Position numbers and translations under genes: made by a program. Shown here piece after piece: positions 7,908 to 16,914 of a stretch of 64,000 bases of DNA. The DNA is from Bacteroidaceae bacterium. Lineage in GTDB: Bacteria > Actinomycetota > Coriobacteriia > Coriobacteriales > CADBOM01. The DNA lies in the NCBI GenBank assembly GCA_963624975.1, contig CAVFRF010000063.1, forward strand, positions 2,882 through 66,881, written 5' to 3'. The notes below the pieces were generated by a model. The model was not told the origin of the DNA. It saw only the letters and a list, made by a program, of their open reading frames with translations, and did not search any database. The number at the start of each line of letters is the position of its first letter. Within the stretch, counting starts at the first letter, position 1.

Positions 7908-9986
7908 ATGTGGCTAGAGTTTTGCCTTGCATGCGCTGCGGCTCTCGTGGTTCTCTTCGTTCCGGGGCTCGTGGCTCTTGCAGGGGTGTGCGGATCGAAG
8001 CGGCGCTTCGACTGGGCTGTTGCCGGGGCACCGCTTTTCGGCGTGGCCAGCAGCGCCGTTATCGCCATCGTGCTGCCCAAGCTGGGCATCCAGGCTTCGT
8101 TTGCGAGCATCTTCGTGCCGATGCTCGTCGTGGCAATCGTCGTTGGAGCGGCGGGTCTCGCCATCGCGAAGGCTCGCGGCAAGCGCCGCGCTGGCGAAGG
8201 ATCCGAAGCCGCGCCCGCCAACGCCGGCGCCGGCTCATGCATGGGAATCGTTTCCATCTACGTGTTGGTGGGGCTGGTGGCCACCACTGTCTTCTTCGTC
8301 TACAACCTCGACACATCCGAGTCTTTCCTGCAAGCCTACGACAACGCCCATCACCTCAATTCGATCAGGGCGTTTCTCGAAAGCGGCAACTATTCGTCGT
8401 TCAATGGCGCAGTCTACATCGAGTCGGCGGGCTCGGTGGCTTCTCCGTATCTGAGTTCGACCACTGCCTTCTACCCATCTGCGTGGCACTGCATAGTGGC
8501 CATGGCCGTTCAGCTCACGGGCGTGCCCATCACGGTGGGCATCAACGCCGTGAACACGATGTGCCTGGCCGTGGTGTTTCCGGCATCTATGTGCGTGTTC
8601 GTGCGTTCCGTTCTGGGTGGAAGGCGCCGTTTCCTGCTTCTGGGCGCGGCCATCGGGATGGGGTTCACATGCAGCGTCTGGGACTTCGTGTCTTGGGGAC
8701 CGCTCTACCCCATGCTGCTCTCGTATGCGCTGGTTCCGGCAACCGCGGCTTGCTTCGTGCGGCTCGTGTCTGCCGATGCCAACCGTTCGGGGCGCGTGGC
8801 CATGGCGATGCTGTTCGTCGTGGGATGCATGGGCATCGCCATGGCGCAGCCCAGTGGCATCTTCCTCATGGCGGTGTTCCTGGCTCCGCTGCTCGTCCAG
8901 CGCGCCTTCGAGGTTTTCGGAGCGTCGGGCCATCGCCTGCGCGGCGTGGCTGCAGCGGTGGTCTGCGCAGCCGCGATAGTGGCCTTCTGGCTCTTCTGCT
9001 ACAACCTTCCGGTCTTTAGCAGCGTGGTCTCCCACGACTGGGAGACCAAGGTTGGCCGTTTGGGTGCCACCCTCGCCGCCCTTACCTTCTCGACCAATAT
9101 GCACCCGATGCAGTTCGTGCTCGCCATCTTCGTGGCCATTGGCTTCGTGTATGCGCTGCGTCACCGCAAGCACCTATGGCTCGCCGGTGCGCATGCCATC
9201 ACCTTCGTTACCTATGTCGTGGGCGCAGGCTACGATGGCCAGCTCAGGCACATTCTGGCCGGCTTCTGGTACACCGACCCGCATCGGCTGGCCGCCAATC
9301 TCGCCTTCACTGCGGTGCCGCTGGCCATTCTGGGCGCCTCATTTATATACGAGCTGCTCTTGCGCGCGAGCAAGAGGTCGCTCGAACGTCGGGCGGATGG
9401 CAAGTCCGGCATGCTCAATCGCATTCCCGCCATCGTCATGGCCGTGTGCCTGCTGCTCGTGTATTGCCCGACCATCCAGATCAGCGCTTCGTGCAGCTTC
9501 GTCACTGCCTTCGGCAACTATGCCGCTCGCATATGGGCCGGCAACCGCATGTCTCGGGAGAACACGCTGAGCGCAAGCGAGAGGACGTTTTGCGAAGAGG
9601 CCCTGCAGATCGTGGGCGACGATGCCGTGGTCGTAAACGAGCCCAACGACGGGTCGGGCTTCCTCTACGCCCTCTACGGCACCAACATCCTCTACCGCTC
9701 TTTCGACCTGCCCGACACATCCGACGAGGATGCCGACAGCGCGATCATTCGCAACGAGCTGGACGATGTGGCTGCCAACGACGAGGTCAAGCAGGCCCTG
9801 CGCAAGTACGATGCCCGCTATCTGCTGGTGCTCGACCAGGGCTATCAGGGCGAGGGGCGCGAGTACTTCTGGAGCTACTTCCCGGAGCAGTGGGAGGGCA
9901 TCGAGGACGTGAACGACTCTACCCCGGGCTTTACCGTGCTGCTCTCGCGTGGCGATATGCGCCTCTACAGCATCGACCTGGACTAG
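7908..9986 (+). CDS. Large polytopic membrane protein, DUF6541-like / GT-C-like candidate glycan polymerase or transferase
   Basis: About 690 aa with more than 12 TM helices and a soluble C-terminal domain. The loop motif QAYDNAHHLNSIRAF resembles the D-x-x-F/H-H-L-N motif I recall from actinobacterial DUF6541 proteins. Family assignment is from memory, not from a search. Confidence 0.6.
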   Translation: MWLEFCLACAAALVVLFVPGLVALAGVCGSKRRFDWAVAGAPLFGVASSAVIAIVLPKLGIQASFASIFVPMLVVAIVVGAAGLAIAKARGKRRAGEGSEAAPANAGAGSCMGIVSIYVLVGLVATTVFFVYNLDTSESFLQAYDNAHHLNSIRAFLESGNYSSFNGAVYIESAGSVASPYLSSTTAFYPSAWHCIVAMAVQLTGVPITVGINAVNTMCLAVVFPASMCVFVRSVLGGRRRFLLLGAAIGMGFTCSVWDFVSWGPLYPMLLSYALVPATAACFVRLVSADANRSGRVAMAMLFVVGCMGIAMAQPSGIFLMAVFLAPLLVQRAFEVFGASGHRLRGVAAAVVCAAAIVAFWLFCYNLPVFSSVVSHDWETKVGRLGATLAALTFSTNMHPMQFVLAIFVAIGFVYALRHRKHLWLAGAHAITFVTYVVGAGYDGQLRHILAGFWYTDPHRLAANLAFTAVPLAILGASFIYELLLRASKRSLERRADGKSGMLNRIPAIVMAVCLLLVYCPTIQISASCSFVTAFGNYAARIWAGNRMSRENTLSASERTFCEEALQIVGDDAVVVNEPNDGSGFLYALYGTNILYRSFDLPDTSDEDADSAIIRNELDDVAANDEVKQALRKYDARYLLVLDQGYQGEGREYFWSYFPEQWEGIEDVNDSTPGFTVLLSRGDMRLYSIDLD

Positions 9987-10134
9987 GGGAGCAAGATGGG
10001 CGATCAGGCCGCTGCAACGTGCATTCGATGCTGTCGTGCAAAAGCTTGTTGCCGACTAGCCGTCGCGGGAAGACAGGCTTGTCGAATATGCGTTGCAGCT
10101 GCGGATATGGGTACGGTTTGGGAAGGGTTGTCAA

Positions 10135-11172
10135 ATGACACAGAGCGCGCAAGTGGGTGATCCTGCGGCGGCTCGAGCCGTCGGGGGAGAGAGCAAGAGG
10201 ATCGACTGGATCGACATCGCCAAGGGCATTGCGATTCTGCTGGTGATAGTGGGGCACACGGTGGACAACCCATCGGATGTCCGGCACCTCATCTTCTCGT
10301 TCCATATGCCGCTGTTCTTCATACTTGCCGGATTTACCTTCAAGTCCAAACCATGGAAGGACCTGCTCGCAACTTCGGCCACCCGGCTCCTGGTGCCGTA
10401 TCTGATGGTGAGCCTCATATGGCGAATCGCCAGTACGATTACGTGGAACCTCGGCCCGATCTTCACGCCAGACTTCTTTGCGAACTGGCTGGCCGATGCT
10501 TTTTATGGGAGCGGCTCGTACTTCATGTTTGCGGATCATTCCATAGGCGCCATCTGGTTTCTGCTGGCACTGTTTGTGTCGAGGGTGGCGTTTAACGCGA
10601 TAGCCAAAGCATTCGAGCGGTTTGGCGTGCACGTGGCTCTGCAAGCCGTGCTCATGGTGGCCTTGGGCTATGCGGGGGTCAAATGGTACCAGTCGTTTGG
10701 CGTACTGCCCCTCGATGCCGACGTTTGCGCATATGGGCTTATGCTCATGTGGTTTGGCTACGCGGTGAGAGCGCACGGGCTTTCCGGACTGCTTGGCAAG
10801 TGGTACTTTGGCATCGCAGCGGGCGTGCTGTGGATGCTGTTTGCCAACAACAGCACGCTTGAGATTTCGGTGCGCGTCTACGATGGATTCGCCTTCTCGA
10901 CTGCCGGAGCGCTCTGCGGCACATGGTTTGCCTGCTGGATCTCGCACGGGATCGCGCGCGTCAAGCAGGTGCCGGTGCTGGGTCTGGTGGAGAGGTACCT
11001 GGCGTTTTGCGGCAGGAACAGCATGGCCATCTACTGCCTGCACGTGATCGGATGGCTGGTGCTGTGGGCCAATGCCGTGCCGTTCAAGGAGCTGGGCTTC
11101 GAGAAGCTGCAGGCGGCCGCGGTGCAGATATTGTGCATTACGGGGCTGGCCCACGTGCTCAAACGGGCATGA
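10135..11172 (+). CDS. Acyltransferase family 3 (membrane O-acyl/acetyltransferase)
   Basis: RIDWIDIAKGIAILLVIVGH...SFHMPLFFILAGF is the acyl_transf_3 signature, with about 10 TM helices. ATG 10135 is chosen within the track ORF. Confidence 0.8.
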   Translation: MTQSAQVGDPAAARAVGGESKRIDWIDIAKGIAILLVIVGHTVDNPSDVRHLIFSFHMPLFFILAGFTFKSKPWKDLLATSATRLLVPYLMVSLIWRIASTITWNLGPIFTPDFFANWLADAFYGSGSYFMFADHSIGAIWFLLALFVSRVAFNAIAKAFERFGVHVALQAVLMVALGYAGVKWYQSFGVLPLDADVCAYGLMLMWFGYAVRAHGLSGLLGKWYFGIAAGVLWMLFANNSTLEISVRVYDGFAFSTAGALCGTWFACWISHGIARVKQVPVLGLVERYLAFCGRNSMAIYCLHVIGWLVLWANAVPFKELGFEKLQAAAVQILCITGLAHVLKRA

Positions 11173-11313
11173 TCCTTGCTGCGGCTCGTGATGTTTCTCG
11201 CCTGCCGATGCTTTGGTGTGGGATGAATCGCCAATGTTGCGTACAATATATGCACGACTGTGGTATGGGGAGCCTTGCTCGATTGAACGTTATTGGATAA
11301 AGGGGTACGGAGT

Positions 11314-12501
11314 ATGTCAGACAGCTCGATGCAGACAGAGGCGATGCCGCGCGTTTCGGTGATAGTGCCGGCCCACAATGCCGAGAAATATCTCGACCAA
11401 TGCCTGCAGAGCATACTCGGGCAAACCGAGCGCGACATCGAGGTCGTGTGCGTAGACGACGGCTCCACCGACTCCACGCCGGAGATGCTGGCCAAAGCCG
11501 CCGAAGCCGACCCGAGGGTGTGCGTGATAACCCAGGAGTGCGCGGGAGCGGGGGCAGCGCGCAATGCGGGCCTTGCCGTTGCGCACGGCGAATACCTGTC
11601 GTTTCTGGATGCAGACGACTTTTTCGAGCCAGAGATGCTCAAGGACGCTGCCGACAAGCTGGACCAGACCGGTGCCGACATCGTGGCATATGGCAGCTGG
11701 CAATACGACGAGAGCAGGCAATCCAACAGGCAGGCCAAGTGGCTTCTCAAGACCGAGAATCTTCCCGATGGAGATTGCCATGGGCGCGACGAGCTGAAGA
11801 CATGCCTCTTCAACACATTTGGAAACGAAGCTTGGAGCAAGCTCATGCGCGCCTCGTTCGTGCGCGAGCACGACCTGCGTTTCCAGACGATCTCTCGAGC
11901 CAACGACATGTTCTTCACATGCAGCGCGTTGGCGGTGGCCGAGAACATTGCGGTGATCGACAAATGCTACGTGCATTACCGGGTTGGCACGGGCACGAAC
12001 TTGCAGGCGACCAACGATAGGGACCCGCTCGCATTTCTCGATGCGTGCCTCGCGCTAGACGATTATTTGACGGCCAATGGCCTGAAGGACGAGCTGTACC
12101 AGAGCTACTGCAATCTCCTGCTGGATGGAATCGTCTACAACAGCGATTCGTTCAAATCCGTCGATACGCTTTCTGTGTTGGCCGACGCGCTGCGCACGCG
12201 CGTGGAACCTCGGTTCGAGTTGCTCAAGCTCGAAGGGGACGACCGCATCAGCCAGGACAACCTGCAGCGCTATCGCGACCTGATGGAGCTGGATACGGTG
12301 GACTATCTGTTCAAGCGAATGAAGGCCCTCAAGAGCGACCTCGAAGATTCCTATTGGTACATGGACTGGCTCGAGTGGAAGAACTGGAAGAGCGAGCGCG
12401 AGTCCGAAGAACGCATCGCCAAGCTTGAATTCGAATTGGACGAAGCTCGCAGTACGTTTGGCTACCGCGTGTGGAGCAAGGTCAGCAAGCCTCGCGGCTA
12501 G
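11314..12501 (+). CDS. Glycosyltransferase family 2 with a C-terminal coiled-coil extension
   Basis: PRVSVIVPAHNAEKYLDQCLQSILGQT...VCVDDGSTDST...FLDADD are GT-A motifs. ATG 11314 is preceded by AAGGGG. Confidence 0.85.
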   Translation: MSDSSMQTEAMPRVSVIVPAHNAEKYLDQCLQSILGQTERDIEVVCVDDGSTDSTPEMLAKAAEADPRVCVITQECAGAGAARNAGLAVAHGEYLSFLDADDFFEPEMLKDAADKLDQTGADIVAYGSWQYDESRQSNRQAKWLLKTENLPDGDCHGRDELKTCLFNTFGNEAWSKLMRASFVREHDLRFQTISRANDMFFTCSALAVAENIAVIDKCYVHYRVGTGTNLQATNDRDPLAFLDACLALDDYLTANGLKDELYQSYCNLLLDGIVYNSDSFKSVDTLSVLADALRTRVEPRFELLKLEGDDRISQDNLQRYRDLMELDTVDYLFKRMKALKSDLEDSYWYMDWLEWKNWKSERESEERIAKLEFELDEARSTFGYRVWSKVSKPRG

Positions 12502-12708
12502 TCGCGGGCGTGCCGTCTTTCTGACGGAAAAGCAGCATCAGCAGAGCCGCGTAGTACGGAATCGAGAACTGCAGCAACGCGCCGTAGCGGGGCCAGTAGT
12601 AGATTGGCGATCCGATAAGCAGGGTGAGCATGACCCCGATCGCCGCCCAGCGTTGCGACCCTCGCCATCTGGTTGAGGGGGATGCCCACGCTCTCAGTAT
12701 CTAGTCTA

Positions 12709-12796
12709 AAGTTCTGCTCCACGTGCAAGATTCGTGTATCGAAGTTCTGCGCATCGTGCAAATAGCACGCTTTGAAGTTCTGCTCCTCGTGCTAAA
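12709..12796 (+). repeat. Three phased direct repeats (22-nt core AAGTTCTGCNCNNCGTGCNAAN, exact 33-bp period) overlapping a promoter
   Basis: Cores at 12709-12730, 12742-12763 and 12775-12796. The third core overlaps an extended -10 (TG-c-TAAAAT, 12790-12798). The RBS GGAGGAG and the ATG at 12835 follow. Confidence 0.7.
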
Positions 12797-12834
12797 ATGC
12801 TGGTGAGAGGCAAAATAGAAATCGGAGGAGAACA

Positions 12835-14196
12835 ATGCTCAGACGAAAGGCGTATCAGGATCTTCTGGCGTGGAAAGAGCGCAGCCAAGGCTCTACGGCC
12901 ATGCTCATAGAAGGTGCTCGCCGCGTCGGCAAAAGCACGCTTGCAAAGGAGTTCGGGAACAAGGAGTACGACTCCTGTCTTCTCATCGATTTTTTCCAAG
13001 CTCCCGAAGAGGTAAAGGGGTATTTTTCCAACCTGCTCTCAGATCTGGATACGCTGTTTTTGTACCTTTCGACGTTTTATGGGGTAGAGCTTCATGAACG
13101 TAGGACGCTTATGATATTCGACGAGGTTCAGATGTGTCCTGCTGCGCGCGGTGCCATCAAGTATCTCGTTGCGGATGGTCGTTTCGACTACATAGAGACT
13201 GGCTCTCTTCTCTCCATACGTCAAAACGTAGAGGGTATAGTACTTCCTTCCGAAGAAGAGGTCTTGAGGCTGAATCCGCTGGACTTTGAGGAGTTCCTTT
13301 GGGCGATGGGCCAGACGCAGTTGGCCGACTTGATTAAAAGCCGTTTCGACGCGCTGTCGCCGCTACCGGACGCGCTGCATCGCAGGGCATCGGGGTTTTT
13401 GCGTGAGTACATGCTGGTTGGCGGAATGCCCAAGCCTGTCGACGTGTACGTCGAACAGAGAAAATTTGAACCCGTCGATGCGGAAAAGAGACGCATCTTA
13501 GGGCTTTACCGCAACGATGTCGCGAAATTTGCCCGCGGATACGAATTCAAGGTAGCATCCATACTCGACGGAATACCGGGGCAGCTTTCCAAGCACGAGA
13601 AAAAATTCAAACTCAGCTCCCTTAATGCCAATGCCCGGATGAGATCCTACGAGGAGGCATTCTTCTGGCTCGCGGATGCTCGCATCGCGAATATATGCTA
13701 TGCGGCATGCGACCCCTCTGTCGGTCTGTCGCTGAGCATGGAGCAGACTTCTCTCAAGTGCTACATGGCGGATACCGGATTACTGGTGAGCCTCGCCTTC
13801 GCCGACGATATCCATACCGACGAAAGCATATACCGTTGCGTGCTCAGGGGCGATATAGGCGTCAACGAGGGCATGCTCACAGAGAACATCGTGGCTCAGA
13901 TGCTTGTCGCCAACGGTCACAAGCTGTTTTTCTACTCGAAGTCGGGAAAGGTGCCGGGCGAGGATCGCATGGAGATAGATTTTCTAGTCAAGAGACCTTA
14001 CGCGAACGCGGCAGGCAAACCTAGAATCTCGCCCATCGAGGTGAAATCGCCCAGGCAGTACGGGACATCGTCGCTGGACAAGTTAAAGAAGCGCTTCGAC
14101 AAGAAGATCGGGACCCAGTATGTACTTCATCCCAAGCAGATGCGAATAGAAGGCGAACGAGCCTATCTACCTCTGTACATGGGCTTTTGCATATAG
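12835..14196 (+). CDS. AAA+ ATPase (AAA_14-like) fused to a DUF4143 / PD-(D/E)xK-like C-terminal domain
   Basis: Walker A in IEGARRVGKSTLAKEF and Walker B in LMIFDEVQ. C-terminal RMEIDFLV...ISPIEVKS fits the E-x-D...E-x-K restriction-endonuclease-like motif. Strong RBS. GC is visibly lower than in the neighbours. Confidence 0.85.
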   Translation: MLRRKAYQDLLAWKERSQGSTAMLIEGARRVGKSTLAKEFGNKEYDSCLLIDFFQAPEEVKGYFSNLLSDLDTLFLYLSTFYGVELHERRTLMIFDEVQMCPAARGAIKYLVADGRFDYIETGSLLSIRQNVEGIVLPSEEEVLRLNPLDFEEFLWAMGQTQLADLIKSRFDALSPLPDALHRRASGFLREYMLVGGMPKPVDVYVEQRKFEPVDAEKRRILGLYRNDVAKFARGYEFKVASILDGIPGQLSKHEKKFKLSSLNANARMRSYEEAFFWLADARIANICYAACDPSVGLSLSMEQTSLKCYMADTGLLVSLAFADDIHTDESIYRCVLRGDIGVNEGMLTENIVAQMLVANGHKLFFYSKSGKVPGEDRMEIDFLVKRPYANAAGKPRISPIEVKSPRQYGTSSLDKLKKRFDKKIGTQYVLHPKQMRIEGERAYLPLYMGFCI

Positions 14197-14467
14197 GCAC
14201 CGCGGGTTCCGACTACGCAGGAAACGTTCCACCTCGAACGACAGGCTGTGGCACGTGCCAAACCCGGTGCAGCTTGGGGCGCGTTCGCAGAAATGGAGTG
14301 CGTTTCGGGCGGGTGCTCCATTAGCATAAACAACGTTGAAAGAATGCAGATAGTCTGGCGGTTGCCGGCTTGTTTGCCAGCAGGTCAAGCGGCGGTCGTC
14401 CGGGCTGCCAGATTAGACGAGCTTGATGCGCAGCAGGGCTGCCCGAGCGCTTTTGCTAGGAGGAGAA

Positions 14468-14695
14468 ATGACTTTCGAGAAGGTGCGCGACGTTATCGTG
14501 AAGACCATTAGCTGCGATGCCGACGAGGTGACCCTCGAGGCCTCTCTGATGGACGACCTTGGAGCCGATTCGCTCGACGCCGTCGAGCTGAACATGGCGT
14601 TCGAGGATGCCTTCGACATCTCCATCCCCGACGAGGAGATGGCCGAGATGAAGACGGTTGGCGATGTGGTGAACTACATCGAGGACCATCAGTAG
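14468..14695 (+). CDS. acpP: Acyl carrier protein
   Basis: 75 aa. LGADSLDAVEL contains the phosphopantetheine-attachment DSL motif. RBS AGGAGGAG. Confidence 0.9.
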   Translation: MTFEKVRDVIVKTISCDADEVTLEASLMDDLGADSLDAVELNMAFEDAFDISIPDEEMAEMKTVGDVVNYIEDHQ

Positions 14696-14825
14696 TAACT
14701 GTTCGAAAGCGTGCCGGCCGGGCTGCGGCGGCGCTTGCGACTCACGGCGTATTCGCGTCGATCGCCGATAGCGCTGCGGCTTTGGGCACCACGCTTGCCA
14801 TAGCCTTCGAAAGGCCGCGTGCTAT

Positions 14826-15458
14826 ATGGAGAAAGACGAGCTGCGCGCGCTCTTGCGCGAGTTCTACGAGTCGCCCCTCACGGTGCTCGAGATCGAGGAC
14901 GGGGAGACTCGCATAAAGATGGAAAAGCCCGCCCGGGCGGCCGAAGAAGGCTCGTCGGGCGTGGGGTCGCCCGACTTCGCTGCGGGCGCAGCGGCTGCGG
15001 CCAAGGTCGCGGCAACCGCGCTGGGCGCCGTGGCGCCCGCAGCGGGACACATCGCCGCCGTGCACAAGGCCGTGGCGGCTGCTGGTGGAGATGCCGCCGA
15101 GGCGGCCATCGACGAGACCGCGGCGGCAGCTGCGGCGGTGCTCGCGGGCGGCTCCGCATCTGCGGACGCTCGCGGTACTGCGGCCCCTGCTCCTGCGGCC
15201 CCCGCAGCCGACGACCTCATCCAGATCAAGGCCCCTATCGTGGGCATCTACTACGCTTCGGCCACGCCCGACGATGCTCCCTACGTGGAGGTCGGAGCGC
15301 ACGTGGCGCAGGGCGACGTGCTGTGCCTCATCGAGGCCATGAAGATGATCAACGAAATCAAATCCCCCGTGGCGGGCACCGTGCGCCACATTGCTTGCGA
15401 GTCGGGCAGCGCCGTTGGATACGACGACCTGCTCATGCTCGTAGAGGCGGACGAGTAG
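14826..15458 (+). CDS. accB: Acetyl-CoA carboxylase biotin carboxyl carrier protein
   Basis: C-terminal biotinyl domain with CLIEAMKMINEI (the AMKM biotinylation motif), preceded by an Ala/Pro-rich linker. Confidence 0.9.
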   Translation: MEKDELRALLREFYESPLTVLEIEDGETRIKMEKPARAAEEGSSGVGSPDFAAGAAAAAKVAATALGAVAPAAGHIAAVHKAVAAAGGDAAEAAIDETAAAAAAVLAGGSASADARGTAAPAPAAPAADDLIQIKAPIVGIYYASATPDDAPYVEVGAHVAQGDVLCLIEAMKMINEIKSPVAGTVRHIACESGSAVGYDDLLMLVEADE

Positions 15459-15459
15459 C

Positions 15460-16908
15460 GTGTTCAAGCGGGTACTTGTGGCCAACAGGGGCGAAATCGC
15501 CCAGCGCGTGATCCGCTGCTGCATCGAGATGGACGTTGAGTGCATCGCGGCCTACTCCAAGGCCGACGAGAACGAGATCTACGTGCCCTTCGCCACCGAC
15601 TCCATCTGCATCGGGGCGGCTCCGGCCAAAGACAGCTACCTCAACATCGACCACATCATCTCGGCGGCGCTTGCCACCGGGTGCGATGCGGTGCATCCGG
15701 GCTACGGCTTTCTCTCCGAGAACGCAGAGTTTGCCCGCAGGTGCGAAGAGAACGGCATCAAGTTCATAGGCCCTCCCGCCGAGGTGATCGAGAAGCTGGG
15801 CGTGAAGCAGACGGCCCGCGAGCTGATGATGGCCAACGGCGTGCCCGTGGTGCCGGGTTCGGCCAGCACCGTGGAGAGCGTCGAGGAAGCCGCCCGCATC
15901 GCCGAGCAGATCGGCTACCCAGTGCTGGTAAAGGCCAGCGCCGGCGGAGGCGGACGCGGAATGCGCAGAGCGGACGGTCCGGACGACATCGCCGACGCGT
16001 TCGACCAGGCGCGTAGCGAGGCCATCTCGTGCTTCGGCAACGGCGACGTGTATGTGGAGAAGCTCATCCTCAACCCCAAGCACGTGGAAATCCAGGTGTT
16101 CGCCGACACGCGCGGCAACTGCATCCACCTGGGCGAGCGCGACTGCTCGATCCAGCGCAAGAACCAGAAGATGGTGGAGGAGACCCCCTGCGCCAGGCTC
16201 ACCCCCGAGGTGCGCGAGGCCATGGGGCAAACCGCGGTGAGAGCCGCCCGCGCTGCCGGCTACGTGAATGCCGGCACCGTGGAGTTCGTGGTGGACGAGA
16301 ACCTCAACTTCTACTTCATAGAGATGAACACCCGCATTCAGGTGGAGCACCCCATCACCGAGATGGTGTATGCGGTGGACCTGGTGAGAGAACAGATCCG
16401 CATCGCCGCGGGGCTGCCGCTGAGCTACAGGCAAGAGGAGCTGCACCCCAGCGGGCACGCCATCGAGTGCCGCGTGAACGCGGAAAGCCCGGCGCGCGGC
16501 TTCGCGCCCTGCCCGGGTCGCATCACGCTCGCGTACCTGCCTTCGGGCAACGGCACGCGCGTGGACTCGGCAATCTACGACGGCTACGATGTAAGCCCCT
16601 ACTACGACTCGCTCATCGCCAAGATCGTGGTGTGGGCTCCCACGCGGCTGGAGGCCGTGCGCAAGATGCGCCGCTGCCTCGAGGAAACCGCCATCGAGGG
16701 CATCGACACCAACGTGGACTTCGAGCTTTTCATCATGTACCACGGGGTTTTCCTGCGGGGCAACTACAACACGGGATTCATCGACCAGTGCATCGGCGAG
16801 ATACTAGACCTCGAGAAGCGCGCGGCCGAGATAGAGGCCGCCGAGGCTGCAGCAGCTGCAGCCGATGCCGCAGCAGCTGGCGTGCCCGCAGAGAGCCGGG
16901 GGGTGTAA
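15460..16908 (+). CDS. accC: Acetyl-CoA carboxylase biotin carboxylase
   Basis: FKRVLVANRGEIAQRVIR...GGGGRGMR...EMNTRIQVEHPITE are the ATP-grasp biotin carboxylase signatures. GTG start 1 nt after the accB stop. Confidence 0.95.
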   Translation: MFKRVLVANRGEIAQRVIRCCIEMDVECIAAYSKADENEIYVPFATDSICIGAAPAKDSYLNIDHIISAALATGCDAVHPGYGFLSENAEFARRCEENGIKFIGPPAEVIEKLGVKQTARELMMANGVPVVPGSASTVESVEEAARIAEQIGYPVLVKASAGGGGRGMRRADGPDDIADAFDQARSEAISCFGNGDVYVEKLILNPKHVEIQVFADTRGNCIHLGERDCSIQRKNQKMVEETPCARLTPEVREAMGQTAVRAARAAGYVNAGTVEFVVDENLNFYFIEMNTRIQVEHPITEMVYAVDLVREQIRIAAGLPLSYRQEELHPSGHAIECRVNAESPARGFAPCPGRITLAYLPSGNGTRVDSAIYDGYDVSPYYDSLIAKIVVWAPTRLEAVRKMRRCLEETAIEGIDTNVDFELFIMYHGVFLRGNYNTGFIDQCIGEILDLEKRAAEIEAAEAAAAAADAAAAGVPAESRGV

Positions 16909-16914
16909 GGCTTC

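Noticed and set aside
12709-12796. Possible miniature CRISPR array (three direct repeats).
   Set aside because: The period is only 33 bp, with ~22-nt repeat cores and ~11-nt spacers. The copies are imperfect, there are only three, and no cas genes are present. The repeats overlap a promoter, so a regulatory iteron array is the better reading.
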